NCBI GenBank assembly: GCA_902473205.1
Contig: CABRRA010000008.1
Coordinates: forward strand, 829-64,828
Length of the DNA stretch: 64,000 nucleotides
Direction of reading: 5' to 3'
From: an uncultured Collinsella sp.
Lineage (GTDB): Bacteria > Actinomycetota > Coriobacteriia > Coriobacteriales > Coriobacteriaceae
The notes beneath the pieces were generated by a model, which saw only the letters and a program-made list of their open reading frames with translations, ran no database searches and was not told where the DNA came from. The stretch's first letter is position 1. Every line of letters begins with the position of its first letter. Shown piece after piece: positions 18,056 through 27,374 of the stretch. The translations under genes were made by a program, and so were the position numbers.

Positions 18056-20395
18056 ATGGCTCAAGATAAGTTTGACGTGGGCGGCATGACGTGCGCCGCG
18101 TGCCAAGCGCACGTGGACCGTGCCGTCAGCAAACTCGACGGCGTCCAAAGCGTCGCGGTCAATCTGCTCGCCGGCTCTATGCTGGTGGACTACGACCCTG
18201 CGCAGGTCTCCCCCGACGACATTTGCACCGCTGTCGACCGCGCGGGCTACTCGGCCTCGCCCGTCAGCACGGGCATCGACGCCTCCCAAAACGGCAGTAC
18301 GCAAGCCAGGTCCGGCGCCGCCCATATGGAGTCGCCCACCAAAAAGCTGGAGGCCGCCGCCTCCGCCATGCGCACCCGCCTCATCATCTCGATCGTATTC
18401 CTCATCCCACTGTTCTACATAGGCATGGGGCACATGCTCGGCTGGCCGCTGCCCGGTATTTTCACCGACCATACCCACAGTATGACACTCGCGCTCACCG
18501 AGCTCGTCCTGCTCATCCCCATCGTCTACGTCAACGACGCGTACTTTATCAACGGGTTTAAATCGCTCGCGCACGGCGCGCCCACCATGGACGCCCTTAT
18601 TGCCGTGGGCGCCACCGCCTCCATCGCCTGGTCGCTCTACGCCATGTTCATCATGGCCGACCAGCTAGCCGCAGGTCAGGTGCACGAGGCCATGATGACG
18701 AGCATGGACAACCTGTATTTTGAGAGCGCTGGCACCATCCTGTCGCTCGTCACCGTGGGCAAATACCTCGAGACGCGCAGCAAGTCCAAGACCGGCGGCG
18801 CTATCGAGGCGCTCATCGACTTAGCACCCAAGACCGCGACCGTCGTGGCAGAGGACGGCAGCGAGGCCACCGTCGACGTCGATGCCATTCTGCCCGGCCA
18901 GGTGCTGCGTGTGCGCCCCGGCGAGTCCATCCCCGTTGACGGCGTGGTACTCGAGGGCGCTTCGGCCGTGGACGAAAGCGCGCTCACCGGCGAATCCATT
19001 CCCGTGGAGAAGACCGCCGGCGACACTGTCAACGCAGCCACGGTCAACCGCACGGGCTCGTTTACCTTCCGCGCCACGCGTGTGGGCGCCGACACGTCGC
19101 TCGCCAAGATTATCCAGCTCGTCGAGGACGCCAACGCCACCAAGGCGCCCATCGCCCGCATGGCCGACAAGGTCGCCGGCGTGTTCGTGCCCGTAGTATT
19201 CGCAATCTCGGCCGTGACCTTTGTGGTGTGGATGGTGCTGACCGGAAGCATCAACGAAGCGCTTACCTCCGCCGTCGCCGTGCTGGTGATCAGCTGCCCG
19301 TGCGCGCTGGGCCTGGCCACGCCCGTCGCCATTATGGTCGGCACCGGCAAGGGCGCCGAGATGGGCATTCTGTTTAAGAGCGCCGAAGCGCTGGAGAACC
19401 TGCGCAGCGTGGGCACCGTAGTACTCGACAAGACGGGCACCGTCACCCGCGGCAAGCCGGCTGTGACCGATATCACGGTAGCCACGCGCGCTGACGGCTC
19501 GCCCACCATGAGCGAAAAGGCGTTGCTCAAGCTGGCCGCTGCGCTGGAGCGCTCAAGCGAGCACCCGCTGGCCGAGGCGATTATGGCCGAGTGCAAGGCG
19601 CGCGGAATCGTCGCACGCATGGTCGAGGACTTTGCCGCCGTGCCCGGGCGAGGCGTTACGGCACGCGAGGGGCAGAATGTCATCGCCGCCGGCAACGTGC
19701 GTCTGATGGACGAGCTGGGCGCGAAGGTGCCCGCCGGCCTTGCCGAACAGTTCGCGGCCGAGGGCAAGACGCCGCTGTTCTTTGCCAAGAACAGCGAGCT
19801 TGTCGGTACCATCGCCGTGGCTGATGAGGTCAAAGAGACGAGCGCCGAGGCCATCGCCGCGCTCCGCAAGCTCGGCATCGACGTGCGCATGCTCACCGGC
19901 GACAACCGCGTGACAGCCGAAGCGATCGCCCGCCGCGTGAGACTGAGCAGCGAGCAGGTCATCGCCGACGTCCTCCCCGCCGACAAGGAACGCCACGTGC
20001 GCGAGCTGCAGGATGCGGGCAGCAAGGTCGCCATGGTGGGCGACGGCATCAACGACTCCCCCGCCCTGGCGCGCGCCGACGTGGGCCTTGCCATCGGTAC
20101 CGGCGCCGACATCGCCAAAGAAGGGGCAGATGTGGTTCTCATGCGCAGCGACCTCATGGACGTCGCCCGCGCCATCGAGCTTTCGCGCGCCACGATTCGT
20201 AACATCAAGCAGGACTTGTTCTGGGCGCTGTTCTACAACGGCATCGGCATTCCGCTCGCCGCGGGCGTGTTCTTCCCCCTCACCGGTTGGCAGCTCTCGC
20301 CGATGTTTGGCGCCGCAGCCATGAGTCTGTCGAGCGTCTGCGTCGTAAGCAATGCGCTGCGCCTAAAATCCTTTAAGCCTAAAGTGGCAAAATAG
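18056..20395 (+). CDS. copA: Copper-translocating P1B-type ATPase
   Basis: 779-aa ORF. N-terminal HMA domain [11 protein letters not shown], transmembrane CPC motif ([13 protein letters not shown]), DKTGTVT phosphorylation site, and [19 protein letters not shown]. Confidence 0.95.
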   Translation: MAQDKFDVGGMTCAACQAHVDRAVSKLDGVQSVAVNLLAGSMLVDYDPAQVSPDDICTAVDRAGYSASPVSTGIDASQNGSTQARSGAAHMESPTKKLEAAASAMRTRLIISIVFLIPLFYIGMGHMLGWPLPGIFTDHTHSMTLALTELVLLIPIVYVNDAYFINGFKSLAHGAPTMDALIAVGATASIAWSLYAMFIMADQLAAGQVHEAMMTSMDNLYFESAGTILSLVTVGKYLETRSKSKTGGAIEALIDLAPKTATVVAEDGSEATVDVDAILPGQVLRVRPGESIPVDGVVLEGASAVDESALTGESIPVEKTAGDTVNAATVNRTGSFTFRATRVGADTSLAKIIQLVEDANATKAPIARMADKVAGVFVPVVFAISAVTFVVWMVLTGSINEALTSAVAVLVISCPCALGLATPVAIMVGTGKGAEMGILFKSAEALENLRSVGTVVLDKTGTVTRGKPAVTDITVATRADGSPTMSEKALLKLAAALERSSEHPLAEAIMAECKARGIVARMVEDFAAVPGRGVTAREGQNVIAAGNVRLMDELGAKVPAGLAEQFAAEGKTPLFFAKNSELVGTIAVADEVKETSAEAIAALRKLGIDVRMLTGDNRVTAEAIARRVRLSSEQVIADVLPADKERHVRELQDAGSKVAMVGDGINDSPALARADVGLAIGTGADIAKEGADVVLMRSDLMDVARAIELSRATIRNIKQDLFWALFYNGIGIPLAAGVFFPLTGWQLSPMFGAAAMSLSSVCVVSNALRLKSFKPKVAK

Positions 20396-20542
20396 GCTCA
20401 CCACTAAGTCCATTTAGAACGGGTTTTCCAGGTGCCCGAGATTGACCTGAAAGAGGAGCGACGCGTACTTTGATACGCGAGCGACGGCTTGAAGGTCAAG
20501 GTCGGGTGCCTGGGAAAGCCGACACAACAGAGAGGAATATCC

Positions 20543-20764
20543 ATGCGTTTCACAATTAAGACTTCCGGCCTTATGTGCGGCCACTGCGACGCCACCGTCG
20601 AGACGGCGCTGCTCAACGTTGCCGGCGTAACCGATGCCGACGCCGATCACGAGACCCAGACTGTCCAGGTGGAGTGCGCCGACACCGTGACCGTCGAGCA
20701 GCTCACCGCCGCTGTCGAGGGCGCCGGCGAGAAGTTCCACGCCCTTTCGGTGACCGCCGCATAG
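20543..20764 (+). CDS. copZ: Heavy-metal-associated (HMA) copper chaperone
   Basis: The track ORF is 20489..20764. I place the start at ATG 20543 (MRFTIKTSGLMCGHCDATVETAL...), after AGAGGAA. The MxCxxC metal-binding motif is present. Confidence 0.85.
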   Translation: MRFTIKTSGLMCGHCDATVETALLNVAGVTDADADHETQTVQVECADTVTVEQLTAAVEGAGEKFHALSVTAA

Positions 20765-20790
20765 CAGTCGCTGCCTACTGAATCCTCAGA

Positions 20791-20857
20791 AGTTGCGGTG
20801 AAATACGGACTGTTGAGCCGCCCTAGGCCTTTAAACAGTCCGTATTTCGCCGCAACT
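20791..20857. repeat. Family B palindromic element (AGTTGCGGTGAAATA...TATTTCrCCGCAACT), copy 1
   Basis: Arms AGTTGCGGTGAAATACGGACTGTT (20791-20814) and AACAGTCCGTATTTCGCCGCAACT (20834-20857) pair at 23/24 positions. It lies between copZ and csoR. Confidence 0.85.
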
Positions 20858-20899
20858 GACGGGGGCATCCGGAAGATCGACCAGAAACGAGGACCCGCC

Positions 20900-21172
20900 A
20901 TGATGGCAGACCATAAATCGGTGACCCGCATGCTCAAGACGGCACGCGGCCAGATCGACGGCATCTTGCGGATGGTCGATGAGGACCGTTATTGCGTCGA
21001 TATCTCCACGCAGCTCATGGCCACACAGGCGCTCATCGCTCGCATCAACGCCGATGTGTTGAAGGCGCACATCGAGGGCTGTGTGACTTCGGCAATCGAA
21101 TCGGGCGACGAAGACCTCAAAGCCGCCAAGCTCGCCGAAATCGAACGCGTCGTCGACAAGCTCTCCAAGTAA
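20900..21172 (+). CDS. csoR: CsoR/RcnR-family metal-sensing transcriptional repressor
   Basis: The track ORF is 20798..21172. I place the start at ATG 20900 (MMADHKSVTRMLKTARGQIDGILRMVDEDRYCVDISTQLMATQALI...). The R..G.I.GI.RMV...RYC.DI.TQ pattern of DUF156/CsoR is present. The 5' extension of the track ORF is encoded by repeat B1. Confidence 0.85.
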   Translation: MMADHKSVTRMLKTARGQIDGILRMVDEDRYCVDISTQLMATQALIARINADVLKAHIEGCVTSAIESGDEDLKAAKLAEIERVVDKLSK

Positions 21173-21182
21173 TTGGGGCATT

Positions 21183-21263
21183 GGGGACAGACTTCTTTGC
21201 ACCGTCTTGGTATTCCGGGGACAGGTATGTTTGCACCACATTGGTGCAGATTAACCTGTCCCC
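21183..21263. repeat. Family F repeat (GGGGACAGGTnnnTTTGCACCA): two half-copies plus a nested palindrome. Possible csoR terminator
   Basis: GGGGACAGACTTCTTTGCACCG (21183-) is followed by GGGGACAGGT-atgtt-TGCACCA-cat-TGGTGCA-gatta-ACCTGTCCCC (21217-21263). Related copies lie at about 51936-52056 and 58717-58740. Confidence 0.7.
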
Positions 21264-21318
21264 CTTGCTCTAAATCGGGTATAAAGGCGTGCAGCATATC
21301 GAACGAAAGGCAATTTGC

Positions 21319-21792
21319 ATGAATGACTTTATGAAGGGTCGCAATGGTGCCGATGAACTCACCATCGTGATGGGTTTTGCCGGCATCGTCATCGCGATGA
21401 TCGGATCGATAGCCCGCATCCAGTGGCTCAGCTGGATTGCCATCGCCGTAATCGTGATTGGCGTGCTGCGCGGCCTGTCCAAAAATATCGACGCACGTCA
21501 CAAGGAGAACGAGGCCTTTGTCGCCGCGACTGCAAACGTACCCGGCTTGGGCAAGTTTGTAGCTAGCTTGGGCGGCGGCGCTGCAGCGGCCAGCACCTCA
21601 CGCGCGGCCGGCACCAGCAAGGAAGACTTTGAGCGCGCCAAGCGCACGGCCAAGAAGATGTGGAAGGGTCGCAAGACCACGGCATACCTCAAGTGCCCCA
21701 ACTGCGGCCAGATGCTCTCCGTCCCCAAGGGCAAGGGCAAGATCCGCGTCACCTGCCCCAAGTGCCACGCCAAGATGGAGACGCGCTCCTAG
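21319..21792 (+). CDS. Small membrane protein with a C-terminal zinc-ribbon
   Basis: The track ORF is 21289..21792. I place the start at ATG 21319, after GAAAGG. It has two hydrophobic segments and a C-terminal CPNCGQ...CPKCH (CxxC...CxxC). Confidence 0.6.
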   Translation: MNDFMKGRNGADELTIVMGFAGIVIAMIGSIARIQWLSWIAIAVIVIGVLRGLSKNIDARHKENEAFVAATANVPGLGKFVASLGGGAAAASTSRAAGTSKEDFERAKRTAKKMWKGRKTTAYLKCPNCGQMLSVPKGKGKIRVTCPKCHAKMETRS

Positions 21793-21814
21793 CCGCTACA
21801 CCATAGGACATAAT

Positions 21815-21851
21815 AAAAGCCGAGGCCTCGCGCTGAGACCTCGGCTTTTTT
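21815..21851. terminator. Bidirectional rho-independent terminator
   Basis: AAAAGCCGAGG-cctcgcgctgaga-CCTCGGCTTTTTT has an A-run and a T-run flanking the stem. It sits between convergent genes ending at 21792 and 21885. Confidence 0.7.
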
Positions 21852-21884
21852 GATTATGACAATGGGACCGTCCCTTTGTCACAC

Positions 21885-23255
21885 CTATGCTACGCCATCG
21901 CGGGCAAGCTCCTCGGCCAACGCCTCGGCAGGCATGGCCATAATCGCGTCGAGCTCGGCGTCCACCTCGGGAATACGCTTCACCTTGAGCTTGCGCACCA
22001 GATCACCGCGACACATCACGTGCATCGGCTCACGCAGTGCGCACAGGTCATCGAGCGGGTTCTTGCGCGTCACCAGGATATCGGCGGCCTTGCCGCACTC
22101 GATCGTGCCAGTCTCGCCGCCCAGCCCCAGTAGCTCGGCATTGACCTGCGTGGCCGTATGCAGCGCAAAGGCATTGCTCACGCCCACGTACTTGGCAAAA
22201 TAGGCCACCTCACGCCACATGTCGTACTGCGTCACGAACGGGCAGCTCGAGTCCGTACCCAGGCCCACCTTAACGCCAGCGTCCAGTGCGGCACGGGCGC
22301 TCTCGATAATGCCCGAGCACACGATGTCGCCGTTCTTCTTTTGCGTAACGGTCGAATGGGTCTTTTCCGGGTCGAGCAATACAAACGGCAGCGCCGGGCT
22401 GATAGTGCAGGTCACACTCGGCGCACGCCCCTCGAGCTGCGTACCTGCGGCGCCACGGTACAGCTCCAGGATCTCGGGCGTCATCGGGGCACCGTGCTCG
22501 ATCGTATCGACGCCGGCCTCAAGCGCGGCCTTCACGCCCTCGGTGCTCTCGACATGAGCCATGACCGGCAGCCCCACCTCGTGCGCAGCCTTGCACGCCG
22601 CCGCGGCAACCTCCACCGGCATACGCAGCACGCCCGGCTCGCCCACCTCGGTCGCATCGAACACGCCGCCCGTCACGAACAGCTTAATGACGTCGGCACC
22701 GCGCGCATACAGGTCGCGCACCTGTTCGGCTGCCTCGGCGGGACTGTTGGCCACCTGGGCGAACAAGCCCGCACCATGGCCGCCCGGCACCGTGACGCCC
22801 GTTCCCGGCGCCACCAGGCGAGGACCTTGATACTTGCCGGCATCGATAGCATCGCGCACGGCCAGATCGGCAAACAGCGGGTCGCCCGCGCCGCGCACCG
22901 TGGTCACGCCACTTGCCAGCTGCTGCTGGGCACTGCCTTTGAGGATGCGGCACACGATGGCGCGCCCCACGGGATTATCGAGCTTCTTCATCAGCGCGCC
23001 CGCATCGCCCGCCGAAACCGTCTTGCCCGAACCGCACAGATGCACATGCATATTGATGAGGCCTGGCATGAGATACGCACCTGCTAGGTCGATAACCTCG
23101 GCACCCGCAGGTGCCTGCGCCACAGCACTCGGCCCCATCCACGTGATGACACCGCGCTCAACAGTCACGGCCATATCGGGTTGCGGCTCCATATCCTCCG
23201 AACCATCCAGGACGGTCGCATTGATAAACAACGTGGAACGATCGGCAGACGCCAT
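21885..23255 (-). CDS. Amidohydrolase-family metal-dependent hydrolase
   Basis: The track ORF is 21885..23288. I place the start at ATG 23255, after GGGAGGAG. MPGLINMHVHL (HxH metal site) and later H/D metal ligands fit the amidohydrolase superfamily. The substrate is unknown. Confidence 0.8.
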   Translation of the reverse strand: MASADRSTLFINATVLDGSEDMEPQPDMAVTVERGVITWMGPSAVAQAPAGAEVIDLAGAYLMPGLINMHVHLCGSGKTVSAGDAGALMKKLDNPVGRAIVCRILKGSAQQQLASGVTTVRGAGDPLFADLAVRDAIDAGKYQGPRLVAPGTGVTVPGGHGAGLFAQVANSPAEAAEQVRDLYARGADVIKLFVTGGVFDATEVGEPGVLRMPVEVAAAACKAAHEVGLPVMAHVESTEGVKAALEAGVDTIEHGAPMTPEILELYRGAAGTQLEGRAPSVTCTISPALPFVLLDPEKTHSTVTQKKNGDIVCSGIIESARAALDAGVKVGLGTDSSCPFVTQYDMWREVAYFAKYVGVSNAFALHTATQVNAELLGLGGETGTIECGKAADILVTRKNPLDDLCALREPMHVMCRGDLVRKLKVKRIPEVDAELDAIMAMPAEALAEELARDGVA

Positions 23256-23403
23256 ATCGAGCTCCTCCCTCACGATTAACTTGAACATTTGTCCATTATC
23301 ACCTAGTCCCGCTGGATTGCTGCAGACGCATCGGTTAACGGAGGGAAGAGGGGATATGGGGGACGGAATACGTTGAGCCCCACCCCAGCAACATCAGGGA
23401 AAT

Positions 23404-23541
23404 GTCTCGATCTGTAACAGGTACAGGGTTATTGGGCCCCTTGATGTTACAGATCGAGACATTCGGTCGACGTTTCACCGGCTTGTCTCGATCTGTAACA
23501 ATTACGAGCTCAAACGACCTCTAAACGTTACAGATCGAGAC
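23404..23541. repeat. Family A array A3: 2 units
   Basis: Arms at 23404-23419, 23445-23460, 23485-23500 and 23526-23541. Period 81 bp. Confidence 0.9.
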
Positions 23542-23549
23542 GAAACCTC

Positions 23550-24620
23550 TCAGCGCCCATACCACTGGCGTCTCCACTCCTCAGCCAAATCGGCCCGCTG
23601 CGAAATACCCGCCAACCTCATTTTCTCGACCAGCTTCCCCGGGTCTTTGAGTTCGTTAAACGTAAACCGAAGCACCTTGTGCCCGAGCATTGTCAGATGA
23701 GATTCCCGCTGGCGCTCTGCCACGAACGGGTCGACCGACTCCCGACCCTCGCCGTTCTGCAAGGCATACTTCCCCTTTCCGTCGAGCTCGCCGATGACAC
23801 ATGTCCCGTCCTCGAGCCTCCAGAAATAATCGACCCGAAACACCTGGCTCAAATCGAGCGGATCGCGAAACTCCACCTGCAACTCCGGAACCGGAAAGCC
23901 GTATGCAATAAAGAACGCCCGAAAGCGAGACTCGCCGCCGTTCTCGGACAGCCCGTCCGCATGCGACGCAATCACCTGAGCTCTGCGATACCCTCGCCTG
24001 CCCTCGCAATCGACCTGGAGCCGCTCGCAGAGGTCGTCGCGCGACATGCCCTTCGCCCGCAATGCAGAATCGGCGATCGCCAGACCATACGAAAACGGCG
24101 CACGCAGCAGACAATCCTCCACCGTGCGCCAAAACGGCGTCACCCGCACGCCATCGACTTGCTCAAGCACACCCGCCGTCTGCGGACGCAGCAGCCTACA
24201 CCCCATACTCAATGCCACCGAACATCCCGTTTTGACCAAGTAACGCGGCCCGAGCAGATCATTCGGCAACTCCAGACCCCACAAAAGTGCTGCGTCATAC
24301 CCCCAAAACGCCCAATCGGGATGAAACTCCGCAAGCCCCTTGATGGTCCACCGCGCCCGCTCCGGAGGCATCAACGCATCCCATTCATGCTGAAAACAGA
24401 ACAAATACGGCTCGGGCTCCGCAATATCATCGGTTCCCACATGACGCCGCAGCCACATGAGTTCGGCATTGTCGTGTGTCACAAGCAGCACGCCTTGTTC
24501 AGCCGCCTCCGTGAGCCTGGCAAGCATCCTATTCCGCGCCAAGGTGTTACGTGTTGCATGCTTGTGTTTAAAAACGGTATTAGACACTTCCATCACCACC
24601 ACATCGGAGAAATGGGCCAT
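23550..24620 (-). CDS. Restriction-endonuclease-like (DUF559 / Vsr-like) domain protein
   Basis: The track ORF is 23550..24686. Its first 22 codons are encoded by array A4, so I start at ATG 24620. The C-terminal stretch SENGGESRFRAFFIAYGFPVPELQVEF...FRVDYFW...VIGELDGKGKY matches the E-S...G-(L/F)-P-x-P-x-x-Q...R-x-D...E-x-D-G pattern common in actinobacterial DUF559-type proteins. Confidence 0.6.
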   Translation of the reverse strand: MAHFSDVVVMEVSNTVFKHKHATRNTLARNRMLARLTEAAEQGVLLVTHDNAELMWLRRHVGTDDIAEPEPYLFCFQHEWDALMPPERARWTIKGLAEFHPDWAFWGYDAALLWGLELPNDLLGPRYLVKTGCSVALSMGCRLLRPQTAGVLEQVDGVRVTPFWRTVEDCLLRAPFSYGLAIADSALRAKGMSRDDLCERLQVDCEGRRGYRRAQVIASHADGLSENGGESRFRAFFIAYGFPVPELQVEFRDPLDLSQVFRVDYFWRLEDGTCVIGELDGKGKYALQNGEGRESVDPFVAERQRESHLTMLGHKVLRFTFNELKDPGKLVEKMRLAGISQRADLAEEWRRQWYGR

Positions 24621-24646
24621 CGTCGCTGTTGCCGCCGCCGACAAGC

Positions 24647-24784
24647 GCCTCGACCTGTAACAGTTACGGGCACAAGCAGCCGCCAAACGTTACAGATCGA
24701 GACGTTCGCGCAGCATTGCACCTCTTTGTCTCGATCTGTAACAGGAAGACCGGTTTTTTGTCCCTAAACGTTACAGATCGAGAC
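24647..24784. repeat. Family A array A4: 2 units, with a degenerate first arm
   Basis: Arms at 24647-24662 (GCCTCGACCTGTAACA), 24688-24703, 24728-24743 and 24769-24784. Period 81 bp. Confidence 0.85.
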
Positions 24785-24824
24785 ATAAAGGCGGAAGGCA
24801 GGGCATGCGACAACTGCTCATCCC

Positions 24825-25532
24825 CTACTCCCATTCCTGCTCGTAAATATTGAGCGACTTCACGTACCGCCCCTGGGCGCCCATGATGTCGCGAACCAGG
24901 CGCAAAAAGAAGCTGATGCACGAGGTGTCGAAACCGTCCTCTAGGTCCTCGGGATGCACCGCGCCCGGCCCGTCGACCGCCGTGTCGCTCAGGCGCGCGA
25001 TGTCATACAGGTAGAGCTGCCCCGCCGTCAGCCAGACATCGTCGACGCACGCGAGCCGCACCGCAATCGCGCCATCGTTCCAGTGCTCCTTTTGCACGAT
25101 ATGTGGGTCGTAGACGTCAAAGCGACGGTCGGCGCGCGTGTCCTTCAGCACGACCATGCCAGTCGCGGGATCCTTGTCCAAAATGCCAAAGCGCGAGAAA
25201 TAATGCGTGTCACGCACCTGCTTAAGTCTCCTGAGCGAAGCAGGATAAATTGACGCTGGCGGCTCGTCCACATACAGTTCCAGCAGCGTCTTACCGTGGT
25301 AATAGGGGCGCTCAAACAGCAGCCAATCGGTAAACGCCATGTTGTAGGCCATGATTTCGTTTTGAGAAGGTTCCTCGCAATAGCTGAGCCACGGATCGAC
25401 GATAATCTCGAACTGATTACGCGCCGGCTCCAGAAATTGAAACTTCCGCGGCATCCAAAAGTGAGCCATGTCGGCAATATCGTTGCCGACGGCTTCGGCC
25501 AGCTGCGCTCGGTCTAAAACGTGGTCAGTCAC
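24825..25532 (-). CDS. Hypothetical protein
   Basis: 235-aa ORF with GC3-rich codon usage like the host genes. I recognise no motif. Confidence 0.55.
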   Translation of the reverse strand: MTDHVLDRAQLAEAVGNDIADMAHFWMPRKFQFLEPARNQFEIIVDPWLSYCEEPSQNEIMAYNMAFTDWLLFERPYYHGKTLLELYVDEPPASIYPASLRRLKQVRDTHYFSRFGILDKDPATGMVVLKDTRADRRFDVYDPHIVQKEHWNDGAIAVRLACVDDVWLTAGQLYLYDIARLSDTAVDGPGAVHPEDLEDGFDTSCISFFLRLVRDIMGAQGRYVKSLNIYEQEWE

Positions 25533-25820
25533 GGCATCCTCCTCAAACTGATGAACCTCAATTTGAGCTTACGAGGAGGGTGGGCAGCCACGACCAGCGC
25601 GGGCAAAATAGGCCTCCGGCTGCAAACCAGATGCTGACCAAACACTTGACGAAAAGCTTGACCGAAAATGCGCACCGCAACAAAACCGCAGGTAAACATA
25701 GACGGCCAACCCGCCCTTTTGAGCCAGATACCCACAGCCACCACAGAAACAACAGGTGACCACAGCCCAAGAAGTCGACAAATGAACACCCGTACGTCGA
25801 CAAACGAGCAAATCGCTCGC

Positions 25821-25879
25821 AAAGAGTGTCCCCAACGACTAGACAAAAAAAATGACTAGTCATTGGGGACGTTCTTAAA
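25821..25879. repeat. Family D repeat (GTCCCCrAyGACTAGTC pair), inverted configuration
   Basis: AAAGAGTGTCCCCAACGACTAGAC, then A8, then TGACTAGTCATTGGGGACGTTCTTAAA. The second half is the reverse complement of the second half at 56740-56765. It abuts the gltD stop. Confidence 0.8.
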
Positions 25880-25887
25880 TGACTACT

Positions 25888-27369
<1,482 letters not shown>

Positions 27370-27374
27370 GGCAC

